This document shows positions 1-12,548 of a DNA stretch of 64,000 nucleotides, piece by piece. This stretch comes from Macrostomum hystrix. Lineage: Eukaryota > Animalia > Platyhelminthes. Position 1 is the first letter of the stretch. The number at the start of each line of letters is the position of its first letter. A program made the position numbers and the translations under genes. The stretch spans positions 682,001 through 746,000 of the forward strand of contig CATNEN010000041.1 in the NCBI GenBank assembly GCA_950097015.1, given 5' to 3'. The notes beneath the pieces are model-generated. The model had not been told where the DNA came from and ran no database searches. It saw only the letters and a program-made list of their open reading frames with translations.

Positions 1-326
1 AATAAGATTGGTTTGTGACCTTGATAACGAACAAATAAGATTGGTTGGTGACCTTGATAATGAGCTAATAAGATTGGTTTGTGACCTTGATAATGAGCTA
101 ATAAGATTGGTTTGTGACCTTGATAACGAACCAATAAGATTGGTTGGTGACCTTGATAATGAGCTAATAAGATTGGTTTGTGACCTTGATAACGAACCAA
201 TAAGATTGGTTGGCCATTGATAATGAGCTAATAAGATTTGTTTGTGACCTTGATAACGAACCAATAAGATTGGTTTGTGACCTTGATTACGAACCAATAA
301 GATTGGTTGGCCATTGATAATGAGCC
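1..326. repeat. 33-bp tandem minisatellite, about 10 copies, truncated by the window edge
   Basis: Unit AATAAGATTGGTTTGTGACCTTGATAA(C/T)GA(AC/GC)N recurs every 33 bp (starts at 1, 34, ...). The 8..220 ORF is a product of this repeat. Confidence 0.95.
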
Positions 327-850
327 AAGAAAATTAGATGGAGATCATGATAATTAGCAAGTACCAAGCTACACAAACGCACACGCACGCAAAGTTCTAA
401 TGAAAACCAGCTATTTTTGTGCTTTGCTTCCAAGCTGATGGCGCTTGTTATCGAAAGCCTCTTAACAGTTGATGGCTCCTAGAAGACATTTTGGTTTTAG
501 CTGTGTTCCAAGCCAGGGCAGCAGTCGGGTTCATCTAAGGACACACAGGGTACTAGTTTGTGCAGCCGTACCATGTCTGCAGCCCTGATTACAAGCAAAT
601 GCACATATAGGTCGCTAGCTTTGCTACAAATAGCAAATATGGTATGCAATCAACGTCAGTAAAGAAATTAATAGACATTGTGCAGTGGGTCGGAAGAGAC
701 CCACCGCAAGAGACTTTCACGCCCCATGTGCTGCAATTATGCCTCAAAAACGACTCAGGCTAAAAAAATAACCAAAAAAAATTTCATACGTCTTCGGGCT
801 CGTTCGACATCGACTCACGCGCCCTCGAACCCAAACAACCAATCAGGTCG

Positions 851-1489
851 ATGCGGCCCTGGTCTGCCGTCTGCTCGGCTGCCGACTCAGCCGGTGACCT
901 GGTGGAATTCGTCTGGATTTCACGTCAGGACGCCGAGGAGCAGAAGGCGGCAACTGTGGCGGTGGCGGCGGCTGCGACGGAGGCCGGCGAGTTCGGCAAC
1001 GCCGACTGGTGGGTGAGCCTCGTTGACGGCCAGTCTCTGACGGGCTGTCGAACAGTCCAGCTGACCCCAGCCGGCCAGCGCCTGGTTCGCTGCACGCGGC
1101 TGCACTGCCTGCGCGAAGGTGACCTGTCCGATGGCAGCCCGGCCGACTGCCTGCGGTGGGCGAACCGTCTGTCTGGCGCAGTCGCCCTCGCCGTTGGCCA
1201 AGATGTCGAAGCCAACATGGGGGATGCCGACTATCCGGAAGATGAGGCCGAGGAGGACTCTGCCGATGGCTGCAGTCGCTGGTGCCCGCGGCAGTTCGCC
1301 ATCCGCGTGCGTGCCGGAATCGCCAACGTCGCTGCTGCCTGGTCTGGGAGTCGCCGACTGCCGCCGGGCCTTCAACGGTCGCTGGAGCCGAACCTGCGAC
1401 CGTTGCTGAACGAACTGGACCGGCAGCTAGCCACGGAGCTGGCGCTGGAGCTGGTGTTCGCCCGGCTGCCGACTCCGCAGCGGCAGTAG
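851..1489 (+). CDS. Uncharacterised 212-aa protein or terminal exon
   Basis: Open frame with the high GC content of the other exons, inside AT-richer flanks. An AG acceptor-like site (aatcag, 841-846) lies just upstream of the ATG. No family recognised. Confidence 0.5.
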   Translation: MRPWSAVCSAADSAGDLVEFVWISRQDAEEQKAATVAVAAAATEAGEFGNADWWVSLVDGQSLTGCRTVQLTPAGQRLVRCTRLHCLREGDLSDGSPADCLRWANRLSGAVALAVGQDVEANMGDADYPEDEAEEDSADGCSRWCPRQFAIRVRAGIANVAAAWSGSRRLPPGLQRSLEPNLRPLLNELDRQLATELALELVFARLPTPQRQ

Positions 1490-2287
1490 CTGCGGTTGCA
1501 GCCAGGAAGGAAAGAACTTAGCTGTTAGAACTTAGAACTTTTGCACGGCGTGCTACTGAAAGTAGGCGCAGAGTACATGCAGGCCATCGATTCTCAAGGC
1601 GTGTTAATGAACCAACAATCGGCATTTTCGAAGACCTATAGTTGTACGCTGACGTCAAATAACTAACACTACTCATATGCAGCAGCTGTCAGCAGAACTT
1701 ACTTAGATTTGCTCACCTGCCTACTCAGAGTAGCATTCGTTGAGTTTCACAACAGATTTTTTTCTGGTCTCTGCAACTCGCAATTTCCTTGCTTGCCCCG
1801 CTTAAACTAAACTAACTGCTCCGTTGTGATCATTTTATCTTAGCAAAAACTCTAGATTTTTTGTCCCACTGGTTTTTGGTTTTTGCCCCTCTCGCTGTTC
1901 GATTTCTCCCTGAGGGCCTCCGCTTTCAATCTGTGATGCAAATTCACCTATTTAAGTCTGTAATAAATGTGTACGTTTTCTTTGCTGCGGATTTTTCCGC
2001 TCCAGTCCTCACTATACTACTCATTCAAATAGAAGACGCAAAACTAACTCCACGGATTCTCACGCGCCGCCTCAAAGTAGCAGCAGCACCGCTATTCCTG
2101 ACCTAAATATGTACCTGTACCTTCTGTACCTGTAATCTGTACCTAGCACTGATGTCATCAGAAATATTGAAATACAGAAATAGAGAAAATTTCTGAAGCC
2201 ATTTTAAATGCCGCCAGACTCAAGGCTGGTCAGTGAGTGACGCCTGCTCATTTCTTGAACCGCTGGTTCTGGGTATAAACAGAATAC

Positions 2288-3800
2288 TGTGACCAGACTG
2301 TGACCAGACTCATCATCTGTGACCAGACTCATCATCTGTGACCAGACTCACCATTTGTGACCAGACTCATCATCTGTGACCAGACTCACCATTTGTGACC
2401 AGACTCATCATCTGTGACCAGACTGTGACCAGACTCATCATCTGTGACCAGACTCACCATTTGTGACCAGACTCACCATCTGTGACCAGACTCATCATCT
2501 GTGACCAGACTCACCATCTGTGACCAGACTCACCATTTGTGACCAGACTCATCATTTGTGACCAGACTCATCATCTGTGACCAGACTCACCATCTGTGAC
2601 CAGACTCACCATTTGTGACCAGACTCATCATCTGTGACCAGACTCATCATCTGTGACCAGACTCACCATCTGTGACCAGACTCACCATTTGTGACCAGAC
2701 TCATCATCTGTGACCAGACTCATCATCTGTGACCAGACTCACCATCTGTGACCAGACTCACCATCTGTGACCAGACTCATCATTTGTGACCAGACTCATC
2801 ATCTGTGACCAGACTCATCATCTGTGACCAGACTCATCATCTGTGACCAGACTCACCATTTGTGACCAGACTCATCATCTGTGTCCAGACTCACCATCTG
2901 TGACCAGACTCACCATCTGTGACCAGACTCATCATCTGTGACCAGACTCACCATCTGTGACCAGACTCACCATCTGTGACCAGACTCATCATTTGTGACC
3001 AGACTCATCATCTGTGACCAGACTCATCATCTGTGACCAGACTCATCATCTGTGACCAGACTGTGACCAGACTCATCATCTGTGACCAGACTGTGACCAG
3101 ACTCATCATCTGTGACCAAACTGTGACCAGACTCATCATCTGTGACCAGACTGTGACCAGACTCATCATCTGTGACCAAACTGTGACCAGACTCATCATC
3201 TGTGACCAGACTGTGACCAGACTCATCATCTGTGACCAGACTCATCATCTGTGACCAGACTGTGACCAGACTCATCATCTGTGACCAGACTGTGACCAGA
3301 CTCATCATCTGTGACCAAACTGTGACCAGACTCATCATCTGTGACCAGACTGTGACCAGACTCATCATCTGTGACCAAACTGTGACCAGACTCATCATCT
3401 GTGACCAAACTGTGACCAGACTCATCATCTGTGACCAAACTGTGACCAGACTCATCATCTGTGACCAGACTCACCATTTGTGACCAGACTGTGACCAGAC
3501 TCATCATCTGTGACCAGACTCATCATCTGTGACCAGACTCACCATTTGTGACCAGACTGTGACCAGACTCATCATCTGTGACCAGACTCATCATCTGTGA
3601 CCAAACTGTGACCAGACTCATCATCTGTGACCAGACTCATCATCTGTGACCAAACTGTGACCAGACTCATCATCTGTGACCAGACTCATCATCTGTGACC
3701 AGACTCATCATCTGTGACCAGACTCACCATTTGTGACCAGACTCATCATCTGTGACCAGACTCATCATCTGTGAACAGACTCACCAGACTCATCATCTAT
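2288..3800. repeat. Minisatellite of 19-bp (CTGTGACCAGACTCATCAT) and 11-bp (CTGTGACCAGA) units
   Basis: Direct reading. A 30-bp composite (11+19) dominates about 3040-3460 and produces the spurious TVTRLIICDQ ORFs. Confidence 0.95.
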
Positions 3801-4778
3801 GACCAGTTTCGACATCACTGGTTGTGTTTTGAAGAACATCCGAGCTTGATTCCACGCGAATGTAAAAATTATTTAGGGCTTCAGTTGCTTCTGTAGTAAA
3901 CTGTTAGATTGCGAATGTGGCGATAATCAATCAGCAGATTTCATGCTAAGGTTACCATCGTAGGTGTTTGCTATTTCCGCCGCACTTTGTTTACTAAATG
4001 TTGGCCCATTGTTAACAGCAGACCAGTTGTCAATGAAAGCCAGTGGGATAAAGGTGCAACTCAAGGCAAAAAGCAGCCGCTACTGCCACGGCTTTTTGTC
4101 ACGACTTCTCGCGTTCTCTGAGTTTTCACTTTTTTATTTTTTCTAGCAACTGTTTCTAGTACCTGTTCCTGACATATGCTTCTATAGCCTGCTTCTAGCA
4201 CCTGCTCATAGCACCTGTTTCTAGCACCTGTTCCTGACGCCTGTTTCTAGCACCTGGAGCCAGAGAAGAATCTTCAATCAGACTCAAAGCCGCAGTGAAT
4301 AATCTTGAATTTCTGGTTTATCGATCGCATTTTCTCGAAGCATTTGCAGCGACTTTTTGGGATAACGGATCATCTAAGTTTAAAGGTTTAAATCGAATAA
4401 CAAGTTTATAAAACTAAACGCACAGACTACTCACCAGTGCTCACAGCTCTTATTCTCATTGATTGGGATCACGAATGTATATTCTGAAAAAAAGCAGACC
4501 TCCCCAATTCTTTCATTGTTCTCTGTCACGAAGAAAATAAAAATCTAAATTTGAATTCAACGGAGAGACAACTTTCAGGGGGAGCAAGTTGAGTTTGCAC
4601 AGCTGGCAACGCGGTTGCTATGCTCAGGGAGTTCAAATTTGAGCTGACGGGGAAGGAGGGGCGCGATTATTCTGCACGAAATGCACCAGTAAAATCGGAT
4701 AATTAATGAGCGTTTGGTTAACGAAGTGACAGCTGAATAATAACTTCAGTAAATCCAGATTAAAAATAGATCTCACCG

Positions 4779-5968
4779 GCCCCATCCTATCCCATCCATT
4801 CTATCCCATCCCACCCCGCCCATCCCATCCCATCCCATCCCATCCATTCTATCCCATCCCACCCCGCCCATCCCATCCCATCCCATCCCATCCATTCTAT
4901 CCCATCCCACCCCGCCCATCCCATCCCATCCCATCCCATCCCATCCCATCCAATCCCATCCATTCTATCCCATCCCACCCCGTCCATCCCATCCCATCAC
5001 ATCCCATCCCATCCCATCCCATCCCATCCCATTCTATCCCATTCCATCCCATCCCATCCCATCCCATCCATTCTATCCCATCCCATCCCATCCAATTCCA
5101 TCCCATCCCATCCATTCTATCCCATTCCATCCCATCCCATCCCATCCCATCCCATTCTATCCCATTCCATCCCATCCCATCCATTCTATCCCATTCCATC
5201 CCATCCCATCCCATCCATTCTATCCCATCCCACCCCGCCCATCCCTTCCCATCGCATCCCATCCCATCCCATCCAATCCAACCCCATCCATTCTATCCAA
5301 TTCCATCCCATCCCATCCATTCTATCCCATTCCATCCCATCCCATCCCATCCCATCAATTCTATCCCATCCCATCCCATCCCATCCCATCCCATCCATTC
5401 TATCCCATTCCATCCCATCCCATCCCATCCCATCCATTCTATCCCATCCCACCCCGCCCATCCCATCCCATCCCATCCCATCCCATCCCATCCCATCCCA
5501 TCCAATCCAACCCCATCCATTCTATCCCATCCCACCCCGCCCATCCCATCCCATCCCATCCCATCCATTCTATCCCATCCCACCCCGCCCATCCCTTCCC
5601 ATCGCATCCCATCCCATCCCATCCAATCCAACCCCATCCATTCTATCCCATCCCACCCCGCCCATCCCATCCCATCCCATCCCATCCCATCCCATCCCAT
5701 CCAATCCAACCCCATCCATTCTATCCCATCCCACCCCGCCCATCCCATCCAATCCCATCCATTCTATCCAATCCCATCCCACCCATCCCATCCCATCCCA
5801 TCCCATCCGATTCCATCCCATCCCATCCCATCCCATCCAATCCCATCCATTCTATCCAATCCCATCCCACCCATCCCATCCCATCCCATCCCATCCAATT
5901 CCATCCCATCCATTCTATCCCATTCCATCCCATCCCATCCCATCCCACCCCGCCCATCCCATTTCATC
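4779..5968 (+). repeat. (CCATC)n pentamer satellite with variants
   Basis: Degenerate CCATC/CCATT/CTATC units over about 1.2 kb. The GWDGM ORFs are artefacts. Confidence 0.95.
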
Positions 5969-6378
5969 CCATTCCGTCGCATACCCTTTTGCTAAAGCAT
6001 CGTGTTTCATTTTCAAATTTCTGTGAACGGCCAAAAAGTAGAAAGGCTGAAAAAAATCACCGATTCGAGCTCTCGCATCGGCCAGCTGAAATTTCGGGTA
6101 GCCATTTAAAAATATTTTTGGGACGCCAAAACAGAGCGAAGCCATACCGGTTGGATGAACAGCCTAAATTAAAAAAATTATCTTAACACTTAACAAAAAT
6201 GTTTTGAAAATCTTAGAAGTCTTGGAACTCAGAACTATTAGAGAATGGATGGACAGCGGAATTACAATAAATTTAGACTGAAACAGGTAAACTTTTCTGG
6301 AACCGTTTGCACATTACCAAATCACGCAGAAGTTCTGCCTCAGCAGTTCTTCATGTACTTGTGAGCACTGCACCTTGC

Positions 6379-7890
6379 TCACGCACATTGAGAAGCCTCT
6401 CCTACCAGCTGGATGCTGACGCGCCCGTCCGCCTGGTCGTTGCTGCCCGCTGTTCCCTGGATGCCCGAAGCCACTGAGCTGACGAAGCTGCCTCCGCCAC
6501 CTCCACCCGCCGCACCGCCTCCGCTGGCTCCTCCGCCCGAGTAGCCGCCGCCGCCGCCGCCCCCGCCGGCCTGGTTGCCCGACTTCTTTCCGCCGCCACC
6601 GCCACCGCCGAAGCCGCCACTCCCGGCCTGACCCGTGCCGAGACCGCCAGCCCAGCCCCCGGCGCGGGAGACGCCACCTCCGCCGTCGGGTCCGCCACCA
6701 AGCGCTCCGCCCTCAGTCAGCCAGCCGGCGCCGCCACCGCCGCTCCCGCCGCAGCAGCTGGTTGAAGCTGCAGGAGCGCCACTCCCCGCTGCGCCGCCAC
6801 GAGCCTGAAAGCTGTCCGCTACTGCCGAGACCGTGCCGTTCTGCCCGGTGGAACCTGGAGAACCGGCCGACGAATCGGCAGCGCCGCCGCCTCCTCCAGC
6901 CGCCAGGAGCAGCGAGGCGGTCGCGGTCTCGTACACGAAGCTTCCGCCACCGCCTCCGCCTCCGCTCTTGCTGTCAGTGGCGTTGCCTCCGGTTTCGCCG
7001 ACGACGATCGTAAGTTGGGCGCCGTTCAGTACGAAGGAGGCCTCCTTGAAGGCGCCGTTGCCACCCGAGTTAGCGCCAGCGTTTGAGCCGCCGCGAGCGC
7101 CCCACGCGCGGATCCGGTAGCAGGCACCGGGCACGTGCGGCGAGTATGTCTGCGTAACAGCGCCAACAGCGGCTGCCCGAAGGGTGTGACAATGGCAAGT
7201 GAGCTTATTTGGGTAATCTCTTGAAATCAGAATTCTTTTTTAAGTATGATCGTTCTTCTGTATTGAACGCCTTTGAATCACTGAATGTACACTCGTAACT
7301 CACTAAAATTCTCCATCGAAATCGAACGTGTTGTGGTTCCCGTTGTCGGAGTTGTGGTTGTTTTGGTCGGAGTTGTGGTCCTTGTTGTGGTCGGAGTTGT
7401 GGTCGTTGTTGTGGTCGGAGTTGTGTTCATTGTTGTGGTCGTTGTTGTGGTCGTTGTTGTGGTCGGAGTTGTGGTCGGAGTTGTGGTCGGAGTTGCGGAT
7501 GTAGTTGTGGTCGGAGTTGTGGTCGGAGTTGCGGATGTAGTTGTGGTCGGAGTTGCAGTAGTTGCAGATGACTGAGGTGCGTCGTGGCAGGCAGTCCGAT
7601 CCTCTACCAGCCAGGTGTTGCAGCCGCTGTCGTCGGTAGCAGCTGACCAGAGGCTGCGCAGGTCGCAGGTGGTTCCCATTCTGCAGGCGGCGTCTCCGCT
7701 GTCGAATTGGGCAACCGCGCAGGCTGGCTCAGTGGCGCAGAGCAGGGCGCACGAGGCCGCGTTAGCCGCAGGCCTGCTGAAATAGAGGCCAGAGACAGAG
7801 GTGTTCCTGAGGCAGAGTCTCCGGAAGGGTTGCAGCCGCGTCCTGGCAACCTCGCAGCTGAATGCCGCTGCAAGATGGGGCAACAGAAGT

Positions 7891-7922
<32 letters not shown>

Positions 7923-7943
7923 AGGCTTTCTTGAAGAGGACAT
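6379..7943 (-). CDS. Predicted secreted protein (about 477 aa): signal peptide, PAN/apple-like Cys domain, Thr-rich mucin stalk, ALK/LTK-type glycine-rich domain
   Basis: Exon 1 is 7943-7304 (MSSSRKPS-L13-PHLAAA signal; CALLC...C...C pattern; TTPTTT repeats). The intron is 7303-7173 (GTGAGT...GGGCAG, phase 1 at both ends). Exon 2 is 7172-6379 (YRIRAWGARGG, TIVVGETGG, GGGGGGSFV, LLLAAGGGGG, GGFGGGGG, GGYSGG, DGRVSIQ), matching the ALK/LTK glycine-rich pattern. 640+794=1434 nt, in frame. Confidence 0.8.
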
Positions 7944-8420
7944 GTTAAGCGATGTTTGGCAAAGCAAAATGCAGTTGCAAATGATTCTGCTAAGAGTTTT
8001 CAATCCATTGCGCCAAAACCTGATTGGTTGGAGTAAATATTTCAAGCTCATTGGACAAGCGTTCCGATTGCATCGCGTTGATCACAAATAATTTTGCCAT
8101 TCTGCACGCTACTCTGAACGTTGAAATTGCACAAAATCAGTATCTCGGACACCGATTCATTGCTTAGGACACAAGCTGATAGGCCACTAATGTCCTGCGA
8201 TTCTTGATTGGTACTGGCGCCGCTTAATCCGTGACACTGTCTCTGTTTATTCAATGAGTGCAGCTTCATTCGACTCAGCTGGACCAGCCGCACATACTTC
8301 AGGTGATTGAATTAAGCCCGCGACAATAGCAAGTCGCTGCCAAATCAAAGCCTAGCTATTGTGGCTTGCACTGCCGGAGATATTGAACGAGCATATCTAG
8401 CTGCTGTTAGAGCAATTGGG

Positions 8421-9066
8421 GTTAGATGGGTTGGGATTGGGTGGGATGGGATGGATGGGATGGATGGAAGGGATAGATGGATGGGATGGATGGGATGGAT
8501 GGAAGGGATAGATGGATGGGATGGATGGGATGGATGGAAGGGATAGATGGATGGGATGGATGGGATGGATGGAAGGGATAGATGGATGGGATGGATGGGA
8601 TAGATGGAAGGGATATTAGATGGATGGGATGGATGGGATGGGATAGATGGGATGGATGGGATGATGTGGATGGGATGGATAGGATGGGATTGATGGGATG
8701 AATGGGATTGAGTAGATTGGATGGATGGGATGGATGGGATTGATGGGATGGGAGGGATGGGATGGATGGGAGGGATGGGATGGGATGGGATGAATGGGAT
8801 GGATGGGATTGATAGGATGGGATGGGATGGATGGGATGGATGGGATGGATGGGATGGATGGGAGGGATGGGAGGGATGGTATTGATGGGGTGGATGGGAT
8901 GAATGGGAGGGATGGGAGGGATGGGATTGATGGGATGAATGGGAGGGATGGGAGGGATGGGATTGATGGGATGGATGGGAGGATGGGATGGATGGGATGA
9001 ATGGATATAGGACGAATGGATGGAATGTATGGGATGGATAAGATGGGATTTGATAGAATGGGATGT
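8421..9066 (-). repeat. (GGATG)n pentamer satellite, the reverse complement of the 4779-5968 array
   Basis: GGGAT/GGATG units read directly. Confidence 0.95.
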
Positions 9067-10231
9067 AATTAATCCCTGTTTGGGGAGCAATTAATCGCCC
9101 GTAATGAACCCTCTAGCATCCGAAAGTACTTTCCTCCAGAAGCAGAATGTTAGGCTCCAGCTCACAGAAGAATTAAACTGAAATTTTCTGTGCGACTCTT
9201 CGCGCTTGCTTTGCCAGCACGCGGGGCGCCTGGGTGGTCACGGCAGCGAAACCAGCTGCGAGCTGCGAATGAATTTTAAGTTTAAAGAAATTTTGTGACG
9301 CGCTTGAAATCTTCATGACGATCGATCACCTGTTCCAAAAATATTTCTCTTTTTAGTCCTCAAAGCATTTTAAATATTGCTAACAATTCAGCCTGTTATT
9401 AAACATCTGTTTGCTGCCTTCAGCTTTCGTGTAAAGAGTTCATAATTCGAAAAAAGGAATTCGTCGAGTCCTCCATCCTTACAGCTGACAGCTGATAGAC
9501 CAACAGGTCAGTGGAAATTCGTTAAGCAGATCCTAAAGTTAAGGTAAGACAGACTACTTTTCAATTGGCTGTGCCTTGCCGTCACTCTTCCAACAAGCCG
9601 CAGGATGGCTGCAGTTGCATCACGTTGGACATCTGGCATCTTCACAGCTCCGATGAGGCAATATAGGGAGAAGCTGCAATGGAGCAGCAGCAGACACTTC
9701 ATGATGACAGTGTAAGGCAAGTCGGCAGGTTGAAGCTTCAGTGTGCTTTGATGTTGAGGGCAATGGCGGAGAGGTGCTGCTGTATATGGTCTCCTGGTGC
9801 TGAAATTGGCAGTAAATGCCGAGGCAACTGCAGCTGAAGTCTCTGGCTGGCGCAGAGGCACACTGAACTAGCTGATTGCGTGCTTTGATTTCCGGTGTTC
9901 CATTCCAAGCTGTAGCCTTTGCCCAGCAAGCAATTAGCTAAATATTAACCATGCAATGTTTGCTGACATTACATTAGCTTGCTGAGGAAGCATTGACTTC
10001 AAAAGCATTGGCTTGGTCATCAATGGTTGAAAGCATCAGGAAAGCACTATTTGTCCTCAATTTCCTCACCATTCCATCCTGGAGCAATGTGAGGAAATTG
10101 TCATTATCATAGCATATTAGACCCTTGTAAATTAGCTGAAAGCAATAATCTTAACGCTTACGGGCAATTATTCGCCGAAGCAACAAGTTTAACTTGTTGC
10201 AAGATTTCATAAGTTCAACTTATGAACTTAC

Positions 10232-10782
10232 ATCTCTCTCAGTCTCCATCAATCTGTCAGTCTCTATCAATCTCTCTCAGTCTCTATCAATCTCTGTCAG
10301 TCTCCATCAATCTGTCAGTCTCTATCAATCTGTCTCCATCAATCTCTGTCTGTCTTCATCAATCTCTGTCAGTCTCCATCAATCTCTCTCAGTCTCCATC
10401 AATCTCTGTCAGTCTCCATCAATCTCTCTCAGTCTCCATCAATCTCTGTCAGTCTCCATCAATCTCTGTCAGTCTCCATCAATCTCTCTCAGTCTCCATC
10501 AATCTCTGTCAGTCTCCATCAATCTCTCTCAGTCTCCATCAATCTCTCTCAGTCTCCATCAATCTCTGTCAGTCTCCATCAATCTCTGTCAGTCTCCATC
10601 AATCTCTGTCAGTCTCCATCAATCTGTCTCCATCAATCTCTGTCAGTCTCCATCAATCTCTGTCAGTCTCCATCAATCTCTGTCAGTCTCTATCAATCTG
10701 TCAGTCTCCATCAATCTGTCTCAATCAATCTCTCTCAGTCTCCATCAATCTCTGTCTGTCTCCATCAATCTCTCTCAGTCAA
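10232..10782. repeat. 20-bp minisatellite TCTCCATCAATCTCT(G/C)TCAG
   Basis: Direct reading; more than 20 units with internal deletions. Confidence 0.95.
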
Positions 10783-11662
10783 TCGCAGCCTAAAATTTTC
10801 CAAACAAAAAATCTCCAAGACTCAACCAGACTCTTCAATTATTTCCCAGACTCTGATAGATTAATCAACTCTACCAGACTCTACAATACTCAAACAGACA
10901 TTCAGAATCTCCCAGACCCAACAAGATTTCATAAGTTAATAGGAAAACGGGTTGTGCATAGAATGTTTCGCTAATCCTACTTTTTCTTTACTAGGTCTAG
11001 GACTAGTTGCACAGGTAAAAACTGACTTCCTGAAATTACAGGGAATCGTTCGTACTCGTTCAAAAAAATCTCACCAAACATTTGCTTGCTCTCCGGTTTG
11101 TTTTGAAATTGATAGGGACTAAGTTTAGACTGCGCTGCGATCGTGTTTTAAACAGGAGGAGATGGAACAGGGCGCCATTCTATATTTTTCTTGCTTGTCG
11201 GTATAGAGAACAAAACTGAATTGAACTTGGCCAGCCATGATTTAGACAAAGAAAAATTACGCACTTATTGTTGTATGTGATGTGGATTAAACAAATAATT
11301 TTTACGCCGCTCAAACCCGCAAACTAGCACTACGTTTGTTTTCAATAAATAAGCTGACTGCTTAATTCAGCCAGGGATCGTAGGGTTAAGTCTGAAATGG
11401 AACTGGTTACGGGAAGAAAGGTGATTAGGTGCGAGTCCAAAGCTTTACTTGAAAATGTGACTTAATTTGTTATTTTATGAAGCGAAGGTCTTATTTGTTT
11501 TGCGGACAGCCTAAAATCGGCGTATTTATTAAGTCAGTTAAAATATTGTCGTTTTCTAGTAGGCCAATGGCAGTGCAGTTCTCCACTTTAGCTAGGCCTA
11601 GGCCTGTTTCAGTTTTAGTTTCCTTATAAGTTCCGACTCCTAAAGCACCAGATTAATTTGGT

Positions 11663-11678
11663 GGCCCTGAAAAGGGCC
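11663..11678 (-). promoter_or_regulatory. Histone 3' stem-loop (SLBP site) of the H4 gene
   Basis: Minus strand reads AAAC-GGCCCTTTTCAGGGCC-ACCA, the canonical replication-dependent histone stem-loop, about 65 nt after the H4 stop. Confidence 0.95.
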
Positions 11679-11744
11679 GTTTTATCGTTCAGTTAAATTA
11701 CAATTCATGGCGAGTAGTCTATCAGACCATAGGAATAGTATGCT

Positions 11745-12071
<327 letters not shown>

Positions 12072-12524
12072 CTAATTGCTAACTTGCTAGGAGACTATTA
12101 TGAGCGCGTTCTTAAAATTCATTGTTTCTAAAGTCTGCCTTTTCTTATACCCATATAGTTGCTCGTTTACTATTGGCTGGCATCGACAGCTTAAAATATC
12201 GATTATCAATAAATTTCGATAGCTAATGACGAAAGAACGGGAAATCTTTTTGCCCTCGACATGGATAGAGGCTTATATACTTATTAAACAATAAAGCATC
12301 CAAGCTCTTAGTAAATTACTGTATTGAAGCTTTTAGCTTTATTTAACAATTTTTTAACTTTTATGACACGGTGCGGAACTGGCCTTGGAATTCGACGATA
12401 TAAGAGTTAGTATGCAATGCCACTATTTTTTATATGCGATTCGAAGTTAAAATGACAGAACTCATGCTTGAATTGCAGCCTATAATAATCAAGAGCCGGC
12501 AAATGTTAGATCAATAAAGTTCTT

Positions 12525-12548
12525 AAACGGCCCTTTTACGGTCCACCA
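12525..12548 (+). pseudogene. Orphan degenerate histone stem-loop, probable remnant of a deleted histone gene
   Basis: AAAC-GGCCCTTTTACGGTCC-ACCA keeps the same flanks as the H4 element but has two stem mismatches. No histone ORF lies upstream on this strand. Confidence 0.6.

Noticed and set aside
2288-3800. CRISPR-like regular repeats here and at 16240, 37149 and 57510
   Set aside because: Head-to-tail tandem units with no unique spacers, no cas genes, and a eukaryotic context.
7285-7575. Val-rich 96-aa ORF resembling a membrane protein
   Set aside because: It is the antisense reading of the Thr-rich stalk of the minus-strand gene.
4787-9090. GWDGM- and HPIHP-type ORFs
   Set aside because: Translations of the CCATC/GATGG satellites.
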